A stretch of DNA of 54,364 bases, taken from a virus (lineage: Duplodnaviria; Caudoviricetes). Positions 47,733-54,364 of the stretch are shown one piece after another; position 1 is the first letter of the stretch; every line of letters begins with the position of its first letter. The notes under the pieces were generated by a model. It was not told where the DNA came from. It did not search any database and saw only the letters and a list, made by a program, of their open reading frames with translations. The position numbers and the translations under genes are program-made. The stretch covers positions 1 through 54,364 of the IMG/VR virus record IMGVR_UViG_3300032330_001719; one strand, written 5' to 3'.

Positions 47733-48482
47733 TTATTTAACCATAGTTTGTATCAGAGTATAATACATATTTTTATATTTCTTCATTGACCCCCTAATTT
47801 CTTTAGTTGATAGGTTGGTCATTTCACGTAAGGATAACAAAATGATGTTCTTATTAAATTTGTTATTATCATTACCTACAAAAATATTTTCATAATTATC
47901 AAAAATATCGTGTAAAGCTTGTCCTAATTTAATTTCGTTCTCACTTAGGTTTTCTGTTTTAATAAAATTTTCTAGTTCAATTAAAAAGTGATGAATAACT
48001 CTTTCCGAGTCTAACCCATCATTTTCTATATAATATGCGAACCCTTCGTCATTTTCTAAACTAGTGGAAATATCTTCATAAGATATTTTTCGGTTTGTTT
48101 CTTTTTGGTCTTTAATGATTTGTCCCATCAAATAATTCTTACAGATGGTTCCAAAATAAGAATAAGCCTTCTTTTCTTTAGAAGGCTTGAACTTATCTAT
48201 TTTTGTCATTAAAAACGAGTGAGTGTCTATATGGATTTCCTCAAAGTCCATATCTTTTCTATATAATTTATATCTTCTAATAATTGAAGATATCATCTTA
48301 TCTAAAGGTTTTCTCAGAAAATCATTATAAATTTTATTTTTTTCTTCATATGATGTAGATTCTAAAAATCTTACAACCGCCAATTCTTCACGAACATCAA
48401 AATAATTTGTAGTGGTTGGTTTTCTACCTTTCTTTCTTAACTCAACATTTGTATCTCCTGTTAAATTAACTAATTCAGACAT
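47733..48482 (-). CDS. phage sigma factor (gp55-like, sigma70 region 2)
   Basis: NYF..., KIDKFKPSKEKKAYSYFGTICKNYL matches the region 2.3-2.4 pattern. Confidence 0.7.
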   Translation of the reverse strand: MSELVNLTGDTNVELRKKGRKPTTTNYFDVREELAVVRFLESTSYEEKNKIYNDFLRKPLDKMISSIIRRYKLYRKDMDFEEIHIDTHSFLMTKIDKFKPSKEKKAYSYFGTICKNYLMGQIIKDQKETNRKISYEDISTSLENDEGFAYYIENDGLDSERVIHHFLIELENFIKTENLSENEIKLGQALHDIFDNYENIFVGNDNNKFNKNIILLSLREMTNLSTKEIRGSMKKYKNMYYTLIQTMVK

Positions 48483-49288
48483 TAAACTTCTTGTGGTTCG
48501 TATTTTATGGCTCTGTCATTAATAAAGAAATATTCTTTTTTCGCTGATTCAATCCAAAAACCAACTTCATCCGGAACTAATGTTGATTCACCATTTTTGT
48601 AATTCCAAAATATTGAACCTTCACGTAGATTAACGTGTTTGTAACCAATTTTAGGAATTGACATAAATTTAACTCCGTTGTGTGTTAATCTTAATAATAA
48701 TTCATAACCAAACGTCAATTTGAATGATGGTTTTAATAAACCAAAATCAATGAATGATGATTTTTTAATTACCATCCCCGAGATTTGGAAGTTTTGATAA
48801 TCTAATAAAGTTTCATTAGTTAAAATACCCATTTCCGGGGTGAAGTTTGCTGCGAATGTTGCTTCATTAGTAAATCCTACGAATGTACCTTTCTCATCAG
48901 TATCGACAACGATTGGTAAGAATGAATGAACATCCGGATATGCTTTAACATACTTATCTACATTCTCAAACCATATTGTTGAATACTCATCGTCAAATTC
49001 AAATAATGAAATCCATTGTGATTCTGAAGACCTTACACCATAATTAACTTGAGCCGAGTAATTAGGTTCTTTGGTCCATACGTGTTTTTTAACCTTTAAA
49101 TCACCAAAGTCAAAATTGTTTAAATAATCGACTAATTGACTTTCATCGGTGTGTACGATAATTAAATCATTTATTTTTAATTTTTGAGTTTTCAATGACT
49201 CAATACATTTTTCAAAATAGGTAACAAACCCTCTTGCCATTGCGGATTTGATAGGTAGTATTACTGATACGTCAAAATAGTTTTCCAT
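48482..49288 (-). CDS. glycosyltransferase family 2
   Basis: VSVILPI, QVNYGV, FEFDDEY; ATG 49288 preferred. Confidence 0.8.
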   Translation of the reverse strand: MENYFDVSVILPIKSAMARGFVTYFEKCIESLKTQKLKINDLIIVHTDESQLVDYLNNFDFGDLKVKKHVWTKEPNYSAQVNYGVRSSESQWISLFEFDDEYSTIWFENVDKYVKAYPDVHSFLPIVVDTDEKGTFVGFTNEATFAANFTPEMGILTNETLLDYQNFQISGMVIKKSSFIDFGLLKPSFKLTFGYELLLRLTHNGVKFMSIPKIGYKHVNLREGSIFWNYKNGESTLVPDEVGFWIESAKKEYFFINDRAIKYEPQEV

Positions 49289-49289
49289 A

Positions 49290-50351
49290 TTATTCTTCAA
49301 TTGTTATTAGTTTAGATAGTTGTTCAAGAAATGAGTCCATTCTTGTGTTTAGGAATTGTTCAAATAATGAAACAGATAAAGTTTCAAATTCTTCTTTAGT
49401 TGGTAATTCACTAACTGTTTTTTCCATTCCTTTATATAATTCAGGGTTAACATTATCCTCTAACCAATTTTGTAAGAAATCGGCAATAAAGTCAACTAAT
49501 TGAATTTGATTGTTAATCCAAAGTCCATTATCCTCGTTCATCCAAGTTGGTACTAAATTAGGTACTAACCCTAATACCGGTACACCGACTTTCATAGATT
49601 CCAATGGGAATGTTCCATAAGCACTTGTATCATCAATCCATACTGATAAGAAACAATCTTTAAGACCATTGGCAAATTCTTTTTCTGTTAATCCTCTCAT
49701 ATCTCTGAATGTAATCCATCTATATTGAGGGAATTTAATGTAGAACGCCTTAATGATATTAACAGCATCTCTTTGGTCTCTAGAATGAATTGCAATAATT
49801 GGTTTTGGTGGTAATGATTGTTTTTCAAAAACATCAGAGATGTAAGGTTTTAGAATGTCATAAGAAATACCTCTAAATACATTCTCAATAAATTCTTTTT
49901 GAATTTCTGAGGTTGTAATACATTTGAAAAAACCAAATTGAGACCAAGTTTCACCCGGTTGTAATGTCTCTAACATATGGTCATAAGCTTGACATAAAAC
50001 AATTTTACCACAAGGTAATTTGGCGATTTGACTCATTACAAACCCATATAATTCAGGTAGTACAATAAAATCCTCAGGAGCAATTTGTAATTGTTGACCT
50101 TCAATTGATTGGTGAGGTAATGATGATACATCATCAGTTAACCAACCTGAAACTCCGGTGTATTCCGGTTTTTCGTGTAACATTATTGGATTGAATCCAT
50201 TTTTTTGTAACGCTAATCCTAATCGATAGATGTACACGATTGACGCTTTTGCATTACCTTTAGTGTCTTGAACAAGAAGATATATTTTTGATTGTTTACT
50301 CTTCAAATTTTCAATAGACTGTTCTAATTTTAATAATTTTTCTTCTGTCAT
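49290..50351 (-). CDS. glycosyltransferase, GT-B (GT4-like)
   Basis: SAYGTFPLESMKVGVPV motif. Confidence 0.75.
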   Translation of the reverse strand: MTEEKLLKLEQSIENLKSKQSKIYLLVQDTKGNAKASIVYIYRLGLALQKNGFNPIMLHEKPEYTGVSGWLTDDVSSLPHQSIEGQQLQIAPEDFIVLPELYGFVMSQIAKLPCGKIVLCQAYDHMLETLQPGETWSQFGFFKCITTSEIQKEFIENVFRGISYDILKPYISDVFEKQSLPPKPIIAIHSRDQRDAVNIIKAFYIKFPQYRWITFRDMRGLTEKEFANGLKDCFLSVWIDDTSAYGTFPLESMKVGVPVLGLVPNLVPTWMNEDNGLWINNQIQLVDFIADFLQNWLEDNVNPELYKGMEKTVSELPTKEEFETLSVSLFEQFLNTRMDSFLEQLSKLITIEE

Positions 50352-50355
50352 TGTT

Positions 50356-50634
50356 TTATATTTTATTTAATAATTTTTTATATAAAAGGGTGTTAAACGC
50401 TATTTTGAATGGAACTGATAAATTATTGGTACCTTTAACACCTAAAGCTTCATCAAGTTCTTCCGTTTCATCCATCACAACCTCTAACATTAATTTAATA
50501 GTTTCGTATTTAATAATACTGATTGCCGTACCTTCAGTTTCACCTGATGTGGTTTCTTTTCGGTCTTTTATTTGAACGTAATCATCTATTTTGTCTAAAT
50601 CTAAATAGTAATTTTCACCTAATACTTTTAACAT
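50356..50634 (-). CDS. hypothetical protein
   Basis: 92-aa ORF in the operon. Confidence 0.75.
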   Translation of the reverse strand: MLKVLGENYYLDLDKIDDYVQIKDRKETTSGETEGTAISIIKYETIKLMLEVVMDETEELDEALGVKGTNNLSVPFKIAFNTLLYKKLLNKI

Positions 50635-51230
50635 TATAATATCTGTTTTAAGACACCTTCCAATTCTTTTAATTCAGTAATTGAATACTTAGCGTCAACT
50701 TGTTTATTGTAATCCGTATGATATTTAATTAATATTTTATCTTCCGGATGCTCTAATAATAATGCAGGGTTTGACGTAAGTAAAATGTCTATTTCGTCCC
50801 ACATAGAATTAATTGTCAAATTACTATAAAATTTTACTTTTTCTAATTGACACCCAAACTTAGAAAGGAAGAATAACGAAGCTGGTTTAGACTTTCCAAT
50901 TTCATCCGAGACGATGATTAAATCGTGTTCATCTCTTAAATTAACATATATGTCGTTTAAGTCATTGAATGAACTATATTCACTTGATTGTGAATGACCA
51001 AAAATTTCCATTGGGAATTCCTCGTATAAAAATGAATATAATTCATTGTCGTCTTGAAACTTAAAGTGTTCTTGTAATGTTAAACTAGTTACCGGTAAGT
51101 TCATTTCATACTTAAACGATTCCTCATCTTCAATACCGTCAGTTTTATCAATTAAGAATTTTTGATAGGTTTGTTCTATTTTACCGATAGTGTTTCGTAA
51201 CACCCCATTAATCTCAATTGCTATTCTCAT
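50634..51230 (-). CDS. HAD-fold 5'-nucleotidase-like protein with a degenerate catalytic motif
   Basis: RIAIEINGVLRN where DxDGV is expected; C-terminal YN...I..L.EL. Confidence 0.65.
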   Translation of the reverse strand: MRIAIEINGVLRNTIGKIEQTYQKFLIDKTDGIEDEESFKYEMNLPVTSLTLQEHFKFQDDNELYSFLYEEFPMEIFGHSQSSEYSSFNDLNDIYVNLRDEHDLIIVSDEIGKSKPASLFFLSKFGCQLEKVKFYSNLTINSMWDEIDILLTSNPALLLEHPEDKILIKYHTDYNKQVDAKYSITELKELEGVLKQIL

Positions 51231-51975
51231 CTTCTGTGTTATCGTATTTGTTTAATATTTTGGTGATTAATGGGTTCCTAACAATGTCGTTTTTATCTTT
51301 GAATTCAAAAATTGAAACATATCCACTATCTCTAAATTTTTCAATTGCGTCCCATAAACCACTATGTGTTTTATTTTTATATTTATCAGATTGTTCAACA
51401 TCTCCGGAAATAAAAAATTTACTATTAAATCCAATACGTGTTAATAGTAATTTCATTTGACTTGGTGTGGCATTTTGACCTTCTTCAAAAATTAAAATAG
51501 AATTATCAATATTCATACCTCTCATAAACGCTAAAGCAAATACTTCAATAACTTCAATTTCTTTTAGTTTTTCTCTAGACTCTTTTCCAATAATTTTATT
51601 TAATAAATAATAAGATGGGAAAATATATGGGTCTAACTTCTCTTCCACATTACCCGGTAACGAACCTAATTTTTCTTCAGCTTCAACTGCCGGTCTAACA
51701 ATAATAATTTTTTCGTAAGGTGTTGTTGGGTCTGAAAGTAAATCAATCGCGGCTTTCATTGTTATGTAACTTTTACCAACACCTGCCGGTCCTGAACAAA
51801 CAGTTATTTCACTTTCTATTAAAGTATCATAATATTTTTTTTGGTTTGTTGTTAAAAATTTTTCTTTAGTTTTTCGTTTAATTATTTGACTAATTAATTC
51901 TTTTTTACTTACCGGTTTACCGGTGGACTCCGTTGTTGGAGTTACAGTTGGTTTTCTTTTTTGACGTTCAGCCAT
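51214..51975 (-). CDS. phoH: PhoH family ATPase
   Basis: GPAGVGKS, IVRPAVE, LGSLPG, FMRG, EEGQN, GDVEQSD, DIVRN. Confidence 0.95.
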   Translation of the reverse strand: MAERQKRKPTVTPTTESTGKPVSKKELISQIIKRKTKEKFLTTNQKKYYDTLIESEITVCSGPAGVGKSYITMKAAIDLLSDPTTPYEKIIIVRPAVEAEEKLGSLPGNVEEKLDPYIFPSYYLLNKIIGKESREKLKEIEVIEVFALAFMRGMNIDNSILIFEEGQNATPSQMKLLLTRIGFNSKFFISGDVEQSDKYKNKTHSGLWDAIEKFRDSGYVSIFEFKDKNDIVRNPLITKILNKYDNTEDENSN

Positions 51976-51977
51976 TT

Positions 51978-52535
51978 TTAATAAGTGTTTATATATTTTA
52001 ATTGATTATATATAGATAACGTTTTATTTATATATTTTTTTGTGGTGGCTTTACTATAACATTCTACAGCAAAGAAACCATCGGCTTCATAGATATCTAA
52101 TCTCCATCTTGAGTTTCCTACTAAATTTGAGGAAACCATAAAATTATGACTATCTGTTCGTTGAACTCTAATAACATCACCGGTTAACCTTAAATAACCA
52201 TTATGCAATGATTGGTTGAAACTGATAAAATCTTCAGTACAATCTTTAACATTATCCCATAATTCAGGATGAATTAAAGTATCATCATCATTAAAATAAA
52301 TGTAACCCATTTTTACTAAATCTAAAGCAAAGTTACGTTGGCCGTTCCCGGATATACTATTTGGGTTTTTATGTAAATAATATTCACAATTGTTTGGAAT
52401 AAGGTTTTTATCGGGTAAAGTTAATGAATCAAAAACAACAATCCATCTATAATTATCTCTTGGAATATTTATACTTTTTGATATCATATGTAGATTTTCC
52501 GGTCTACTACAAGGTGTTATAATATTAAGGAACAT
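51978..52535 (-). CDS. glycosyltransferase family 2
   Basis: IITPCSR, QRNFAL, YFNDDD. Confidence 0.8.
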   Translation of the reverse strand: MFLNIITPCSRPENLHMISKSINIPRDNYRWIVVFDSLTLPDKNLIPNNCEYYLHKNPNSISGNGQRNFALDLVKMGYIYFNDDDTLIHPELWDNVKDCTEDFISFNQSLHNGYLRLTGDVIRVQRTDSHNFMVSSNLVGNSRWRLDIYEADGFFAVECYSKATTKKYINKTLSIYNQLKYINTY

Positions 52536-52537
52536 AA

Positions 52538-54043
52538 CTAAACTATTTTAATGTATTTATCTAAAAATTTAAAATTATTTTGAACAAATGGTAATAGAAC
52601 AAAATAATCTTTATTAAGTTTTTCTAATTTATCCGACTCATCATTTCTTGTTTGACTTTCAAAATGATATGAAACTAAACTACCATCACAAATATTATTA
52701 TAACCTAATACTTTTGTTGTAAAATTCAATTCAACGTCTTCAAAACAACTTATGTAATTTTCATTAAAATAATTACATTGTTCAAATACGGTTTTTTTAA
52801 TCATCAATAATGCTCCGGTAGAACCAATAACCTCTTTTATGGATGTTGAGTAATTGTAATAAGAATTTAATCCAATATGTCCTAATTGGAATCGTTTTTC
52901 TTTATCTATAAATGAAAGTACTCCATCGTGTTGAATTGTATTATCTTTGAAATGTAATCTACATCCGACCGTACCAACTTTAGGAGTTGTTTTGAATATT
53001 TTTAACATACCATAAACAACATTGTTTAATATTTTAATATCATTATTACAGAATAATAAAAATTCATAATCATTTGTTATATGATTTTTAACAACATCAT
53101 TATTAATTTTTGCAAAATTATAATAATCGTATTCAATAAGTTGTATGTTACCAATTGGTTGTATATTATTTTTTATCCATTCTTTTTCTTCATCTGTTGA
53201 ACCAGTGTCGGCAATGAAAATGTCAAATAAATTTGGATTACAATATTGGTAAAATGAATTAACACAATCAAATAACATTTCAATCTTACCTTTTGTTGGT
53301 ATTATTATCGCAACTTTACCAATATTTTTAATAGGTTTTTCTTTAATCTCCGGAACATAAATTTGTTGAGGTTTTAAGTCTAATGGTAATTCTGTTCCCC
53401 ACTTTTCAATAAACTTTTCTTTACTCTCCCAAAATTCTTGGTTTGGTTGTCCAACGGATTGATGAGTAATTTCAAAAGAAGATGTTACACCAATTTTAAC
53501 TCCGTCTAAATAATTTGGTACACAGAATAAGTGGTCGTAGAAATGGAACTTACCTATTGTTTCATCAAACAAATGTTTAATTTTTCTTTTATCAAATGAA
53601 ATGAATAATCCATCAATTGTTACTACGGGGATAAGGAAGGGTAATTTTGGGGAATAATTGTTTACCCATTTTTTTTGACCTTCAGGATGGTGATAAACTT
53701 GTCCAACCATTGTGTATTGCATACGTTCCCAATAAACTCCTGATTCGGGAAAATAACAAGAACCTGCTTTACCAATAATACCGTAATCAGGATTGTCGGT
53801 AAAATCTTTAATTAGTTTTTTACCCCATCCATTCTCAAGTTTAATGTCGTTATGACAACAAACAATAATATCAAATTCAGATTTGGATATTCCTTTATTA
53901 TAAATTTGAGATAAACTAAATTCATTATGGTTTACATATTCAAGTATCTGAACATTTTTTAATCCAACGGTTTGTAACAAATGTTGTCTAAATTTGTTAT
54001 TATAATTATCATCTTTATGTGTTGAGTATATTATTGTTATCAT
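52538..54043 (-). CDS. two-domain GT2 glycosyltransferase
   Basis: CCHNDI..IDGLF..FHFYD domain plus IIIPT..FCNNDI..FEDVE domain; ATG 54043 preferred. Confidence 0.85.
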   Translation of the reverse strand: MITIIYSTHKDDNYNNKFRQHLLQTVGLKNVQILEYVNHNEFSLSQIYNKGISKSEFDIIVCCHNDIKLENGWGKKLIKDFTDNPDYGIIGKAGSCYFPESGVYWERMQYTMVGQVYHHPEGQKKWVNNYSPKLPFLIPVVTIDGLFISFDKRKIKHLFDETIGKFHFYDHLFCVPNYLDGVKIGVTSSFEITHQSVGQPNQEFWESKEKFIEKWGTELPLDLKPQQIYVPEIKEKPIKNIGKVAIIIPTKGKIEMLFDCVNSFYQYCNPNLFDIFIADTGSTDEEKEWIKNNIQPIGNIQLIEYDYYNFAKINNDVVKNHITNDYEFLLFCNNDIKILNNVVYGMLKIFKTTPKVGTVGCRLHFKDNTIQHDGVLSFIDKEKRFQLGHIGLNSYYNYSTSIKEVIGSTGALLMIKKTVFEQCNYFNENYISCFEDVELNFTTKVLGYNNICDGSLVSYHFESQTRNDESDKLEKLNKDYFVLLPFVQNNFKFLDKYIKIV

Positions 54044-54044
54044 T

Positions 54045-54364
54045 CTATTCTTTAGTAATACAAAATGATGGACACCCATCTTTTGTTAGATATTTTATTT
54101 TTAATTTTCTTTCCTCACAAAATTCGTTAACAGCTCTAACTACACCTTCAAACATTATTGTCGTATAATCGTGACCACAAATATATCCACCGGTCTTAAT
54201 TTTTTGGTAAGATAGATTCAAATCATTTTTAACACCGTTATATGAATGGTCACCATCAATATAAATCATATCAAAATATTCATCATTAAAATTATTTAGA
54301 ATATCTTGACTATAACCTTTGTGAATGTATACGTTATTATTGTCATTAAAATATTTAGTAATTA
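54045..54364 (-). CDS. class I SAM-dependent methyltransferase (Methyltransf_24-like), truncated by the window end
   Basis: FDMIYIDGDHSYNGVKNDL...GGYICGHDY; frame open to the window edge. Confidence 0.85.
   Translation of the reverse strand, partial: ITKYFNDNNNVYIHKGYSQDILNNFNDEYFDMIYIDGDHSYNGVKNDLNLSYQKIKTGGYICGHDYTTIMFEGVVRAVNEFCEERKLKIKYLTKDGCPSFCITKE

Noticed and set aside
8230-51460. Many short antisense or alternate-frame ORFs in the track (e.g. 10198, 15566, 24796, 27806, 28511)
   Set aside because: They are shadows of well-supported genes, often caused by low-complexity coding repeats.
171-54364. Stop-codon reassignment, as seen in some huge phages
   Set aside because: Core genes are full length under the standard code, and TAA, TAG and TGA all appear as stops.

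Overview
AT-rich segment of a large T4-like (myovirus-type) phage genome that most likely infects Bacteroidota. Evidence for the host is repeated TTTG-N19/20-TAnnTTTG promoters, no obvious Shine-Dalgarno sites and a Flavobacterium-type bS21. Bases 1-7 kb are an RNA-rich, translation-related island. It holds four tRNA-Leu-like scaffolds that share acceptor and T arms but carry unrelated 23-138 nt inserts where the anticodon arm should be. It also holds a circularly permuted tRNA-like RNA, an aberrant tRNA-Phe, several pseudoknotted unknown RNAs, a ~850-nt GOLLD-like RNA, an RHH+HNH cassette, smpB and a tmRNA with an unusual 21-residue tag. Bases 8.7-13 kb encode a metallopeptidase, a ClpC lacking its N-domain, a KTSC protein and a nucleotidyltransferase. 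Bases 13-36 kb are the head module: large terminase, Thr/Pro-rich repeat proteins, portal, antisense bS21, prohead protease, scaffold, major capsid, an HNH endonuclease and putative head-packaged proteins with a shared N-terminal propeptide. Bases 36-54 kb (minus strand) encode a large delta-60/LamG virion protein, a gp5-like spike, a gp55-like sigma factor, glycosyltransferases, PhoH and a truncated methyltransferase. A TATTTATA motif precedes most structural genes and is a candidate late promoter. All calls come from reading the sequence and remembered motifs; no searches were run.
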